From an uncultured bacterium (lineage in GTDB: Bacteria > Verrucomicrobiota > Kiritimatiellia > CAIKKV01 > CALHGX01): a stretch of DNA of 64,000 bases. Position 1 is the stretch's first letter, and each line of letters starts with the position of its first letter. The stretch spans positions 16,010 through 80,009 of the forward strand of contig CALHGX010000002.1 in the NCBI GenBank assembly GCA_938031185.1, written 5' to 3'. The translations under genes were made by a program, and so were the position numbers. Positions 42,398 through 52,636 of this stretch are shown here, piece after piece. The notes beneath the pieces are model-generated. The model saw nothing but the letters and a program-made list of their open reading frames with translations, was not told the origin of the DNA and did not search any database.

Positions 42398-43132
42398 TCA
42401 CTTCACCGTGCCGATCCGGATGTCCACGTCGGCCCGCCGCTGGAGTTTCTCGATCGCACCGTCGCGAATCCAGAGGATCCGATCCGACACGTCGAGCATC
42501 TTGTGATCGTGCGTGGCCGTGATCACCGTCACCCCTCGCTCCTTGCTCAGCCGATGCAGCAGATGAATGATCTCTTCGCCGGTATGCAGGTCGAGATTCC
42601 CGGTCGGTTCGTCGGCCAGAATGATCGCCGGATCGTTGGCAAGCGCCCGCGCGATGGCTACGCGCTGCTGCTGCCCGCCGGAGAGCTCGTCCGGCCGGTG
42701 CGTCAGGCGATGCCCCAAGCCAACAGAGGCAAGCACCTCCCGAGCCCGTTTCAGGGCGTCGTCGTACCGCACGCCGCCGAAAACCAGCGGCAGCGCCACG
42801 TTGTTGACGGCGTCATAGGCGGGGATCAGGTTGAACGTCTGAAATACGTACCCGATGTGGTTGCCGCGAAAATACGCCAGCTGCCGGCTCGTGAGCGCGG
42901 TCAGCCGAACGCCCGCCACGGTCACCTCGCCGGCGGTAGGCCGGTCCAGCGCGCCGATCATGTTGAAGAGCGTGCTCTTGCCCGACCCAGACGGCCCCAT
43001 AATCGAAAGGTACTCGCCCCGGTAAATATCCATGGAGACCTCCCGCAGGGCCTGCACCAACGTCTTGCGGCCCAGCCGGAACTGCTTGCTGAGGTTCCGC
43101 ACCTGGATCAAAACTTCCGGGTCTGTTGCCAT
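42398..43132 (-). CDS. ABC transporter ATP-binding protein, MacB/LolD class (copy 2)
   Basis: Walker [16 protein letters not shown], signature [15 protein letters not shown], Walker [13 protein letters not shown]. Confidence 0.9.
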   Translation of the reverse strand: MATDPEVLIQVRNLSKQFRLGRKTLVQALREVSMDIYRGEYLSIMGPSGSGKSTLFNMIGALDRPTAGEVTVAGVRLTALTSRQLAYFRGNHIGYVFQTFNLIPAYDAVNNVALPLVFGGVRYDDALKRAREVLASVGLGHRLTHRPDELSGGQQQRVAIARALANDPAIILADEPTGNLDLHTGEEIIHLLHRLSKERGVTVITATHDHKMLDVSDRILWIRDGAIEKLQRRADVDIRIGTVK

Positions 43133-43145
43133 GGACGCTCCACCA

Positions 43146-45134
43146 TCAGAACGGCAGGTGAATCACCGCCTTGCTGAGAAACGTGATTCCGACTCCGATC
43201 GTCGTGACCAACCCCTGCCCGCAGGCAAAACCGGCGGCCACAACGGGAATATACTGCCGCCAGTTCAACCCGACGCGCTTCTGGAAATAGTACCGCCCGA
43301 GCAGCGCGCCGATGAACTGCGGCAGCACGCTATGCGGGAGCGTCTGACCGAGGCCGCGCACGATGCCGTAAACCATAAACACCGGCGCCCCGAGCGACGC
43401 CATACCGCCGATGAGGCCGAGCCCGAACAGCATGCCGGCGCCAAGATAAAGCGCGTTAAACGCCTGTTCAAAAATCGAATATTCCCCGAGTGTCGCCGAG
43501 TACATGATCGAGTTGTTGGCCGCCTGCAGTTCCCACATCTGCTGAGCGAAGGGATAGACCGCCGAGGGCAGTTCCGCGAGCCCCCAGATGAAGTTGGCAA
43601 AGAAGATCGAGCTGAAAATCACGATCGGATACAGGACGAGCTGCGACTTCCAGATGCTGGAGAAGCGCGTCCCGGTCAGCTCGCACTGCCGGTAGAACAC
43701 CGTCATCTGGCCGTAGTTGCCCATCGGGATCGGCAGGAACCAGCAGGCCACGCCTTTGTAGCCGCTAAAAATTAATGCCGCTTCGCGGATCATCGGGATT
43801 TCCACCACCTGGCCGACCATGCCCTCCAACCGCGCGGTCACGTAGCTGATGAGCGGCGTATACACGAACCCCAGGATGACCATCACCGTCATCACGCCCC
43901 GATGCCAGTTGATGAGGAACCCGGACATGACAATATAAATGGTCGTCACCACGAAATAGCACAGCAGGATGGCCCACAGGCGGATGTCGCCCCGGCCCGA
44001 CGGCGGACCGCCGCCCTGCACCGCTGCCGCCAGCGGCGCCTGCTTCTTCCGTTCCCGCAGACTGCGGACGACCTGCACGATGCCCGCGACGGCGATCGCC
44101 AGCGAAATGCCGATCGTGAAGCTGAAATAGAAGTCCACGTTGTTCTTGAACATGGTGGCAATGGTGTCGTCGCCGCGCGACCATGACGTCAGGATTTTGA
44201 AGTGGTACAGAAAGGGATTGGCCACCATGGTCATCACCAGACCGATGAAACTGCCCAGCATTCCAAAGAAGGGGAAGACCATCCCGAAAATAAGATTGCC
44301 CAAATCCCACGAAATGCCGGTGGCCACGGCCGGCAACAGGGCCTGCGTTTTCGTCGTGAAGTCGCTGAAGGGAATCGGAAAGATCATGATCGGCGAGCCG
44401 GTCAGCGCGCCCGTCAGGGTGGGCAGCAGCAGGTAGACGGAACCAAACGCCAGTCCGAGCGCGCCGCCGATCGAGAAAATCCGCCAGCGCCAGTTCTTCT
44501 GCCGCGCCTCGGCATCCTTTTCCTCCACATCCTCGGCCAGCGCGAGCACGCCCTGCGCCCCGATGGGGGCCATAGGGAACGGGAGCTTCTCAATGTCGCT
44601 GGCGATGCGGAACAGGCCGTAGCCCAGCACCACGTTCTTGAGGTTGCCGAAGAAGGTGGAAAACACGATCAAGCCGATGGCCGGCAGCCAGTCACGATGG
44701 AAGAAGGTGCGCCGCACGTAGGAGGGCGAATCGGCGAACGGCGCATACCACGAGGGCAACCACTCGCTGATGCCATAGGCCGTGGCCGCTTCGCTGCGAG
44801 GATAAAACTGCTGCCAGAGCAGCCCCGAAAACGGCATCCCCATCGCCGCGCCGGCCATGAAGAAGAGCACGAATATCTCCGCCTTCTTCAGTTGGCGCTG
44901 CGCGCGGCGCGCCACCTCGATAAAAAGGATCACCGTCACCCATTGCGCCGCGGGGCCGATGCCCTGGCCGGCCAGCAACCCCATGTAGAGCGCACCCGGC
45001 ACCATCAGGACGGCGATGAAGAGCGCGCCGACAAGCGATGCCCAGTTGAAGCCCTCCTCGAAAGTCGAGGGCACCTGCATGATATTGCGGAACTCTTCGA
45101 GCTCCCGATCCGTTTTTCTCGGTCGTGTGTTCAT
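43146..45134 (-). CDS. ~662-aa polytopic membrane protein, family not recognised
   Basis: Hydrophobic throughout (FNWASLVGALFIAVLMVPGALYMGLLAGQGIGPAAQWVTVILFIEV...). The ATG at 45134 overlaps the stop of the giant upstream gene (ATGA). Confidence 0.7.
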   Translation of the reverse strand: MNTRPRKTDRELEEFRNIMQVPSTFEEGFNWASLVGALFIAVLMVPGALYMGLLAGQGIGPAAQWVTVILFIEVARRAQRQLKKAEIFVLFFMAGAAMGMPFSGLLWQQFYPRSEAATAYGISEWLPSWYAPFADSPSYVRRTFFHRDWLPAIGLIVFSTFFGNLKNVVLGYGLFRIASDIEKLPFPMAPIGAQGVLALAEDVEEKDAEARQKNWRWRIFSIGGALGLAFGSVYLLLPTLTGALTGSPIMIFPIPFSDFTTKTQALLPAVATGISWDLGNLIFGMVFPFFGMLGSFIGLVMTMVANPFLYHFKILTSWSRGDDTIATMFKNNVDFYFSFTIGISLAIAVAGIVQVVRSLRERKKQAPLAAAVQGGGPPSGRGDIRLWAILLCYFVVTTIYIVMSGFLINWHRGVMTVMVILGFVYTPLISYVTARLEGMVGQVVEIPMIREAALIFSGYKGVACWFLPIPMGNYGQMTVFYRQCELTGTRFSSIWKSQLVLYPIVIFSSIFFANFIWGLAELPSAVYPFAQQMWELQAANNSIMYSATLGEYSIFEQAFNALYLGAGMLFGLGLIGGMASLGAPVFMVYGIVRGLGQTLPHSVLPQFIGALLGRYYFQKRVGLNWRQYIPVVAAGFACGQGLVTTIGVGITFLSKAVIHLPF

Positions 45135-48100
45135 GACGGCTGCCCCGACATCGCCTCGCCCGCCCGGGCGCCACCCCATTCCGCCAGCGTGCGTTCCCGG
45201 TATATTTCCATCGTTTCGCGCGGCAGCGAACGCCAGATGAGAAACTGGCGCCGCAGGTCATCCAACAGCACCTTGTTCAGCCGCTGCCAGTCCTTCGGCT
45301 GTCCCGATTGCCGCTCGATGCGAATCCCGACTTCGTCAATGCCGGCAATTTCGCTCGGGCGGCTGAACAGACGGAAGGACTGAGTGACGCCCAGATCAAA
45401 CGGCGCCAGCGCCACGTGGGCCTCCAATCCCGCGCCGGCCTCCGGGCGGGCCAGCCGCACGTCCTGGGCGATGAAAAGTCCGAGCCCCGTGTCGCGATGA
45501 TTCTCAAAATGCTCACGAAGGAAGCTGACCACGCCGGTGATGTCGTATTGCGAAACCGTGAAGGGAAACGTGATCTCGAACACGTCGCCTTTCGGCGGCG
45601 GCAGGCGCCAGGATCGCAGCAGCCCGGGATTCGCGCTCCGCGAGGCCTTGATCGCCGGATAGATCGCCGAAACCAGTACGGTGCCCATGACGATCAGAAT
45701 TGTGATGATCGAATTCATGGAGGAATAGTTCATCTCCGGCACAGGCGCCAAACCCATCGCGGCCAACCCGCTCAGCGCTTTCATCACCGCCTGCGCCAGC
45801 AGATAGCCGCCCATGCCGCCAATCACGGAATAAACCATGGCCTCCGCGAAGAAGAGACCGGCCACATGCTGCGGCGCCAGCCCGAGCGCGCTGAACGTGT
45901 ATATTTCCCGTTCCCGATCCGCCACCGAGCCCAGCATGGTGCCGAAGATCACGAGACCGCCGAGGAGAATGGGGAAGAGCAGGTCCTTCGCGCCGCTCGC
46001 CTGCACCAGCGCGTCCAGCACATGGCGATAGACGCCGTCCTCGCGCGTCGCCGCCACGGGAATTTCAAGGGCGCGAGCCAGGTCTTCGCCAATCTGCGTC
46101 GCGTCTCCGTGGTTCGCGGTATAGAAGGTCATCGCGTGAACGCGCGCGCCGAGCTGCTCCGCCGTCCGGTCGGACACCACCAGCACGGAGTCCGCCGGCA
46201 GCACGGTCCAGTTCTCCTGCTGCTCCGCGGCGCCCTTGACCGGCGGAATCCCCAACTGCTGTTGCAGGTTCTGGTTCTCCGTGAAATCCACCGGCAACAC
46301 CTGGCTGGCGTCCATGTCTTTGATGGCCATCAACATCGCGGGATTGAGCAGCCGCCCCACATGCAGCCGCACACCGCGCAGCATCACCTCGTCGCCGGGT
46401 CCGACGCCCACACGCTGCGCCACCGCCGGCGTGACCCAAACGGTTTCATCCAACGAAACACCGTCCACCGGCTGCAGAAGCTCGGCCAAATCGGGGCGGA
46501 ACCGCCGTTCTTCCTCCGCCACACCCAGGAGCCCCCGCATGGCCGCCGGGCGACTGCCGTCCGGTTGGGACAGCAGCAACCCTTCGCCCTGCTGCGTCGT
46601 GGGCGAAACCCAGCGGCGGACGCAGAGCGTTCCCTGCCCGCGCCATCGCCCCGAGATGATCAACGGCAACTCGGCCGGCAACGCGCTCCAGTTCACCTGG
46701 CGCACCTGGACGCCCGTGTAACCAGGCGACGGCCGGACAAACTGCCGCACCACACCCAGCCGCTTGTCGAACGACGCAAAGCACAAGATGGTAAATGTGA
46801 GCAGGATGATGGTGGTCGCCGTCAGCGCCGTGCGCAGCGGCCGCCGCCGCATCGTGGAAATGCCCATGCTCATGGCGGCCAGAATCGTGCTCATCCGGGA
46901 CACATCGGCCGCATGCACCGTCGAAGTCAGCCCCTGAATCACCTTCAATTCCACCTCGAACTTCTGCATGATGATGGCAATCACCAGCCCTGAAAGCACC
47001 ACTACCGCGAACCCCAAAAAGATGATGACTGGCGTCTTGGATATGGCGAACGCCGGATGAGTGAAGAAGAGTATCAGGAACGTGGCCAGGAAAATGCCCG
47101 CGAACCAGGCAATCTGCCGATACACGTTGGTTGAACCCACCAGCAGCCGCTCAGCCGCGAAGGCGAACGGAATGCACAGCGCCAGCAACACCAACACCGC
47201 CCGCACCAAGTCGTCCAGCGTAGCGCGCACACTGTCATAGACGGGCTTTTCGCCCATCAGCGCAAACGCCGCCAGCGCCTGCGCCCGCTCAGCGGGCGCC
47301 CCGGCGGCATCGCCAATCATGTCCTCGTCTCGCCCGTGCAGCTCTTCCAAGGAGGAATTGAGAATGCCCCGCTCCCGAAGGATATCCATTCGACTCTCAT
47401 TCAACCGCCACAGATCCGCCGCGCTGCGCCGGGTCACCGCCGGAACCGTCCAATAGTCCGTCAGCGGGAACCCGACCCCCTCGGGCGCAAACGCATCGCC
47501 GCCCCGAAGCGTATCCTCCGGGCCGTTGACCAAGCCGACGGCCGAGTTGACGCCAAAGAGCTTGACGGACGTCACGCGTTCATCCGCAAACCAAGCCACC
47601 ACGCCATCCATCGTCGCATAGAAAGCCTTGGAATCCGGCAGCACCGCGTTCACCGGCGCGTCCAGCACTTGCGCGGTGCCCTGCCGGAGCAGCGGCGGAA
47701 GGATGATGGCGCCACCCCGGCACTGATGCACAGCCAGCCGTTCATACACCTTTCCGGCAGAGGCATTCGCCGAAGCGTAAGCCACCCGCCCCCGCTCGTC
47801 AAAAGCGGCCGCAAAGCCGTTGACACGCCAGTGATCGGGATCCGGCGGAACCGGTCCATACCCGTACGAACCGGCGCCGTCACACACAATTACCGGACAG
47901 ACATCAAAGGCCCTAATCTTCTGCTCCTGATGGCCCGCGCCGGGCATTGCGTTGTGTAATTGAATTTGAACCACCGCGCCCGCCATGGGCAGGTTGGCCA
48001 AGGTGCTGCCCCGGGTCCGACCCATGACCATCGGACCCTCCACGCGATAATCCTTCGTGAAAAGCCGGGACACGTATTCCCTGTCGCGCTGGATCGAGCT

Positions 48101-49945
48101 GGGCTGGGAAAGCCCCTCTTGGTCTGCCACCGCGCCGATCAGTCGCGCCATTTCGTGCATTTGCGCCTCCAGACGCGTTAGGTCCAGCCGATCCAGGGTG
48201 TCGTCCGGCGTGCCTTCTCTCCGCAGGGGTTCCTGTGCCGTTCCTAACACCAGATTGTAGAGGCCGAGCCGTCCGGCAATCTCGCCGCTATGCGTTAAAT
48301 GCGGCGCGCCGCGCAGCACGTCCTGCGGAATCAAGGTGCCGTCTGCCGTGGCCGTTTCAAATCCCCCCAGCTTGACCCCGCCCTTCTCCAATTCAGCCGC
48401 CGCCGCCATGAAAGACGCCTGAATGCGCCCATAAAGACCGGGGCGATCCTTGTCGGACCGGATCGGCGAGTGGCCTCCGATCAGCAGGCCCCACCGCGGC
48501 GAGGCATCGCCCAGCAACAGGGAGATGTGCAGCTTGATCTGCGCATCCCCTAGCACCGCCCGCACTTTTTCATCCGACGCCAGCGCGATGGCTTCGAAAT
48601 CGAGCTCCTCCCGCCGCCGCTCCAATGCCGCTTTGACTTCGCGCAGCACGTCGCCCATTTCCGGTGCATCCGCCCTCAACAAGGCGTCTTGCCCGCCGGC
48701 GAATGCACGCGCCGCCCGCCCCAAGGCCCGCCGTAAATCGTTCCATCTGGCTTTGCGCTCCTCCATCTCCCGGATGCGTTGCCGCAGGATGTCTTGATCC
48801 GTTGCCGAATCAGCTGCCGCCAAGGCCCGCCGCAAATCGTAGAGCCGGGCCATGGCGTCATAGGTGCGCACCAGAGCGCGCTCCTGCAGCCGACTGATCA
48901 GCTCCCGGCGAACCGCCACGTCCCGCGCCAGCGGTTCGGAACGCGCCGTGGCCTCCAGCATGGCGGAAAGAAAATCTTTCTCCCGCGCCAGCGACTCGCG
49001 TTGCTTCGCCGGATCCAAATCCAGTGCCCGGTAAAACTCGGCCGCCCCGGCATGCGAGCGGGCCTGTCCATCCAGAAACGCCAGCAGCACATGCCGTCGC
49101 GGCGGGTGCCGCTTGAAATGCTCCGCCATCTGCAACAACGCCGCCACATTGGCGGCCCCGCGCGCGCCGGGCGATAATTCAGGCGCCTCCCCGTAACTAT
49201 CCAGCGGCACGGCCACGACCACCAGTTCCTCCTTCTCCATCTGGAAGACCGGCCCAGTGCCTCGGACAAGTCCAAACACGTTGCGACACGGCGCGCGTTC
49301 CCATCGGGCGGCGCTGCGAATCGTTGCCGTCGCGCCGGCCGGCAGATCAGCGCGCGGGCCGTTGTATAAATATCGGGGCAGATTGGCCGGCGCCATGGTG
49401 TAGTGACTGTACGCGCCATCGCATTCGCCTTCGCGCACGAAAACCACGGCCGCTGCGCCCAGGCGAAACGCCTCCATCCAGCCCCGGCTATTGTTGTAAT
49501 CAAGCACTACAATGGCGTTCGCTGGCAATCCCGCGCCGAAATTTGCGGGAGATCCGGCGCCGGCGTGAACCACCGGCCCCGTCAGTCCTTCGGGCGGCGT
49601 CACCGGCGGCACGACGCCGTTGGGTCGCATAAGCACTAGCTCGCGCGTCACCGCCGGTCCGGTGGCATTCGAAATCGTGATGTCGCAGGCCAGTGTGCGA
49701 AGCCGTGCGCCGACGAAATCCTGGACAAAAACCTCGTCGACTCCAATCTGCTTCAGACGGCTCTCAACGTAGTCGGCCGCGCGCCGTCCAGCTTCCGTTC
49801 CAGCCAGTCGGTGCGGATCGCTCGTCAACGCGAGACTGTCTTCGCGCAGGGTCGCCACGTCGGCCGCCGCCAGCCGCGCGCCGATCGCCGCGGCCGCCAG
49901 CGCCGGCCGCCATGCCCCGCCCCATCTGTTTTTCCGCCCCGTCAT
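45131..49945 (-). CDS. ~1,604-aa fusion: degenerate PA/M28-like ectodomain + long helical region + TM bundle + FtsX/MacB-type permease + C-terminal domain
   Basis: The N-terminal anchor is followed by M28-like LAGTEAGRRAADYVESRL. A PA-like AIVVLDYNNSRGWMEAFRLGAAAVVFV follows. The FtsX module runs from RRRPLRTALTATTIILL (~46.85 kb) to ILIVMGTVLVSAIYPAIKASR (~45.65 kb). About 170 further aa have no recognised family. Start taken at ATG 49945. Confidence 0.75.
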   Translation of the reverse strand: MTGRKNRWGGAWRPALAAAAIGARLAAADVATLREDSLALTSDPHRLAGTEAGRRAADYVESRLKQIGVDEVFVQDFVGARLRTLACDITISNATGPAVTRELVLMRPNGVVPPVTPPEGLTGPVVHAGAGSPANFGAGLPANAIVVLDYNNSRGWMEAFRLGAAAVVFVREGECDGAYSHYTMAPANLPRYLYNGPRADLPAGATATIRSAARWERAPCRNVFGLVRGTGPVFQMEKEELVVVAVPLDSYGEAPELSPGARGAANVAALLQMAEHFKRHPPRRHVLLAFLDGQARSHAGAAEFYRALDLDPAKQRESLAREKDFLSAMLEATARSEPLARDVAVRRELISRLQERALVRTYDAMARLYDLRRALAAADSATDQDILRQRIREMEERKARWNDLRRALGRAARAFAGGQDALLRADAPEMGDVLREVKAALERRREELDFEAIALASDEKVRAVLGDAQIKLHISLLLGDASPRWGLLIGGHSPIRSDKDRPGLYGRIQASFMAAAAELEKGGVKLGGFETATADGTLIPQDVLRGAPHLTHSGEIAGRLGLYNLVLGTAQEPLRREGTPDDTLDRLDLTRLEAQMHEMARLIGAVADQEGLSQPSSIQRDREYVSRLFTKDYRVEGPMVMGRTRGSTLANLPMAGAVVQIQLHNAMPGAGHQEQKIRAFDVCPVIVCDGAGSYGYGPVPPDPDHWRVNGFAAAFDERGRVAYASANASAGKVYERLAVHQCRGGAIILPPLLRQGTAQVLDAPVNAVLPDSKAFYATMDGVVAWFADERVTSVKLFGVNSAVGLVNGPEDTLRGGDAFAPEGVGFPLTDYWTVPAVTRRSAADLWRLNESRMDILRERGILNSSLEELHGRDEDMIGDAAGAPAERAQALAAFALMGEKPVYDSVRATLDDLVRAVLVLLALCIPFAFAAERLLVGSTNVYRQIAWFAGIFLATFLILFFTHPAFAISKTPVIIFLGFAVVVLSGLVIAIIMQKFEVELKVIQGLTSTVHAADVSRMSTILAAMSMGISTMRRRPLRTALTATTIILLTFTILCFASFDKRLGVVRQFVRPSPGYTGVQVRQVNWSALPAELPLIISGRWRGQGTLCVRRWVSPTTQQGEGLLLSQPDGSRPAAMRGLLGVAEEERRFRPDLAELLQPVDGVSLDETVWVTPAVAQRVGVGPGDEVMLRGVRLHVGRLLNPAMLMAIKDMDASQVLPVDFTENQNLQQQLGIPPVKGAAEQQENWTVLPADSVLVVSDRTAEQLGARVHAMTFYTANHGDATQIGEDLARALEIPVAATREDGVYRHVLDALVQASGAKDLLFPILLGGLVIFGTMLGSVADREREIYTFSALGLAPQHVAGLFFAEAMVYSVIGGMGGYLLAQAVMKALSGLAAMGLAPVPEMNYSSMNSIITILIVMGTVLVSAIYPAIKASRSANPGLLRSWRLPPPKGDVFEITFPFTVSQYDITGVVSFLREHFENHRDTGLGLFIAQDVRLARPEAGAGLEAHVALAPFDLGVTQSFRLFSRPSEIAGIDEVGIRIERQSGQPKDWQRLNKVLLDDLRRQFLIWRSLPRETMEIYRERTLAEWGGARAGEAMSGQPS

Positions 49946-49958
49946 CTTCGCTCGCCTT

Positions 49959-50741
49959 TCACGCCGTGACGCCGCCGATGGCGCCGACCTCGATATGCAC
50001 CTCATCCCGACGCGCAACACGTTCGATGCGCCCGTCGCGAATCCACATCAAACGGTCGCAAATATCCAGCATGCGGTGATCGTGAGTGGCGCATATGATC
50101 GTCACGCCCCGCTTGCTGTTCAATTCGCGCAGAATCTCCAGTATTTCGCGGCCCGTGTGCAAATCAAGATTGGCCGTCGGTTCGTCACAGAGCAGGATGC
50201 TGGGCTGGTTCGCCATGGCCCTGGCGATGGCCACGCGCTGCTGTTGTCCCCCCGACATCTCGATCGGCCGGTGGTGCCAGCGATCCTTCAAGCCCACGAT
50301 TTCCAGCAGGTCCATGCCCCGCCGCCGCGCCTCATCGGGCTCGACACCGGCAAAGGCCATCGGCGTCGTCACGTTCTCCAGCGCTGTCTGGTACTGAATG
50401 AGGTTGTACGTCTGGAAGATGTAGCCGATCTTGCGGCAGCGCAGAAAAGCGATTTCCACCGCCGTCAACTGCGCCACGTCCACCTCGTCTATGAAGACCC
50501 GCCCGCTGCTCGGACTGTCGAGCCCGCCGATCATGTTGAAATAGGTGCTCTTGCCTGACCCCGATGGGCCCATCACCGAAATGAACTCGCCGGTATAGAT
50601 TTCGGAATCCACGCCCCGCAGCGCTTCCGTGACGACGTTCTTCCTCACGTACTGCTTCTTCAGCGCCAGCGTTCGTATAATCACCCGCCGCCCGGCCCTG
50701 GCGGTCTCTGCCGCCGCCGGCTCTATTTGCTGCGCGTTCAT
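49959..50741 (-). CDS. ABC transporter ATP-binding protein, MacB/LolD class (copy 1)
   Basis: Walker [16 protein letters not shown], signature [15 protein letters not shown], Walker B ILLCDEPTANLD. ATG at 50741. Confidence 0.9.
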   Translation of the reverse strand: MNAQQIEPAAAETARAGRRVIIRTLALKKQYVRKNVVTEALRGVDSEIYTGEFISVMGPSGSGKSTYFNMIGGLDSPSSGRVFIDEVDVAQLTAVEIAFLRCRKIGYIFQTYNLIQYQTALENVTTPMAFAGVEPDEARRRGMDLLEIVGLKDRWHHRPIEMSGGQQQRVAIARAMANQPSILLCDEPTANLDLHTGREILEILRELNSKRGVTIICATHDHRMLDICDRLMWIRDGRIERVARRDEVHIEVGAIGGVTA

Positions 50742-50766
50742 GAGGCTTTGCACATCGGCTCCAAGG

Positions 50767-52245
50767 CTACTCGATCCGCATGGCCTCCATCGGTGCCAAT
50801 CGGGCCGCTTTCCAGGAAGGATACAGCGAAGCCAGCGCCGCCAGGCCAACACCCACCACCACGGAGGCCGCCACGGCTAGGGCCAGCGCGGCCCACGGCG
50901 TGGCGACCAGCGCCGGCCAGCCCAGGCTCGACCACATGCGCCCGACCGCAATCACCGCGCCGACCGCGCCACCGATGAAGCCGCCCACCACCCCCAGCAT
51001 GCAGGCCTCCAACACAAACACCAGCATGATGAATCCGTCCAGCGCTCCAAGGCACTTCAGCGTGGCAATTTCCCGAAAACGCTCCGTGACGGACATCAAC
51101 ATCGCGTTGGCAATGCCGACCACGCAGACGACCAGCGACACCAGCACCAACCACCCCATTCGTTCGCCCACCCCCATGAAACCGCCGCCCATTCCGGCGC
51201 TCATCACCCAAATTCGTTCGAGCTGCCGCTCCCGTCTCTTGTGCTCCGCCAGGCCAACAATGTCCGCTGCCGTGAGGTTGGCGCCGGGCAACTTCAGTTC
51301 GCGCAAGAGGCCCGCATACCAATCCGCAGAAGCGGCATCGCCCAACATTCTCCATAACCGTTCCGAACTGACCTGGGCCGGAAGCATGTTGAGCCGCCGC
51401 GCCACAGCCCGCCGCATCTCGGCCACGCTGAAACTCTCTTCGATCATGCGGGTCGCGACGCTACGGCGAGCTTGCTCCGCAACGACTTTCGCCGTGGCCG
51501 GATCCATCCGGAAACCTGCCGCCACGATGGCGCGGACGAATTCGCCGTTGTTTTCGCCCAATCGTTCAATCACCGCTTGGTCGCCCCGGGCCGCCGCTAC
51601 AGCAGCCACCGCCCGGCTGCGTCCCTCGCATACTCGCAAAGCCCATTGCTTCGTCTGCTGCCAATCTCGGACAAAAGCCTGTTCCTCTTCCTCCTTCAGC
51701 GGCCAGCGCAGCGACCGCAACGCATCCCGTTCCCGCTGATAACGCGCCTGCTCCTCCGCGGTTTGCAGGCGGTCAAACAACTCCGTTCCGGCCGCCGTGT
51801 GCGCCAGGCGCCGCTGCCGCGCGTAGTCGAGACCCGCCACAAAATCAAGCCAGCGCACAGCGATCAACGCCTGCTCATGAAAACGCCTCATTTCATCCGC
51901 TGTGAGCCCCCCCTGCGCCTGAATTTCCTCCCACATCGGATCGCCGGGCTGGCTCGCGCCCAGATCCCGCAGCGTCTGCTCCACCGTGCCTGCCATCGCC
52001 AGCCGTGAGGCCCAAACCGCCGCCTGGCGAAGCTCTGCGATGTCACGGGCCGCGCGCCGGGCCAGCGCGCCCTTGATCAGCCCCTCGCCCACCACATTCA
52101 TCATGAAGGCGATGGCCACGGCCACGACCACGACGGTGACAAGGGATCGAAACAGGCGGTAGCGGATGCCGTGCAGCATCAGCTCAAAGGTGCGCGCCAA
52201 CCCCAATTTCGGCTGATCCCGAATGTCAATCGGCCGTGTTGTCAT
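50767..52245 (-). CDS. FtsX/MacB-type ABC permease with an atypical Ala/Arg/Glu-rich extracytoplasmic domain
   Basis: TM1 is RSLVTVVVVAVAIAFMMNVV. About 330 aa of helix-biased sequence follow. The FtsX core is ERFREIATLKCLGALDGFIMLVFVLEA...YPSWKAARLAPMEAMR. ATG at 52245. Confidence 0.8.
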   Translation of the reverse strand: MTTRPIDIRDQPKLGLARTFELMLHGIRYRLFRSLVTVVVVAVAIAFMMNVVGEGLIKGALARRAARDIAELRQAAVWASRLAMAGTVEQTLRDLGASQPGDPMWEEIQAQGGLTADEMRRFHEQALIAVRWLDFVAGLDYARQRRLAHTAAGTELFDRLQTAEEQARYQRERDALRSLRWPLKEEEEQAFVRDWQQTKQWALRVCEGRSRAVAAVAAARGDQAVIERLGENNGEFVRAIVAAGFRMDPATAKVVAEQARRSVATRMIEESFSVAEMRRAVARRLNMLPAQVSSERLWRMLGDAASADWYAGLLRELKLPGANLTAADIVGLAEHKRRERQLERIWVMSAGMGGGFMGVGERMGWLVLVSLVVCVVGIANAMLMSVTERFREIATLKCLGALDGFIMLVFVLEACMLGVVGGFIGGAVGAVIAVGRMWSSLGWPALVATPWAALALAVAASVVVGVGLAALASLYPSWKAARLAPMEAMRIE

Positions 52246-52636
52246 ATGCCACTGCCACAATGCCCCGCTGCACCAGCGAACGAAGGTAGGAAGATACCGA
52301 CGCCCGCGCCTCGTGAAAAGTCAATTTGTGTCGTTCGGCAAAAGTTTCGATCATCTCCTCCACCCGCCGCCCATCGCACAAGCCCCACACCTCGGCGCCC
52401 AGCCGGTCCAGCGTAAACGGCTTGGCTTGTTTCGGTCGGATGATCCATCGCAAGGCGCCGGTCATCCACGGCAACGGCTGGGTTCGAACCGTCACGCGAA
52501 CCGTCCCGTCGGCCCGTGTTTCGGCCGACGCCGCGGCGTTCCGAATCGCCTTCGCCTCCAACATGCGCCGCCAGGATCCGTCTGGAACGCCTTCCACCTC
52601 CTGCCGTGGCCGCTTGCGCCCTTTTCTCACGCTCAA
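52226..52636 (-). CDS. PqqD-family (RiPP-recognition-element-like) protein
   Basis: FTLDRLGAEVWGLCDGRRVEEMIETFAERHKLTFHEARASVSSYLRSLVQRGIV matches the PqqD pattern. Start uncertain: TTG 52636 (overlaps the upstream TGA), GTG 52630 or ATG 52564. Confidence 0.7.
   Translation of the reverse strand: MSVRKGRKRPRQEVEGVPDGSWRRMLEAKAIRNAAASAETRADGTVRVTVRTQPLPWMTGALRWIIRPKQAKPFTLDRLGAEVWGLCDGRRVEEMIETFAERHKLTFHEARASVSSYLRSLVQRGIVAVAYDNTAD

Noticed and set aside
45308-46993. 561-aa ORF on the plus strand
   Set aside because: It is antisense to the FtsX portion of the giant fusion gene. The product is Arg/His/Gln-rich junk.
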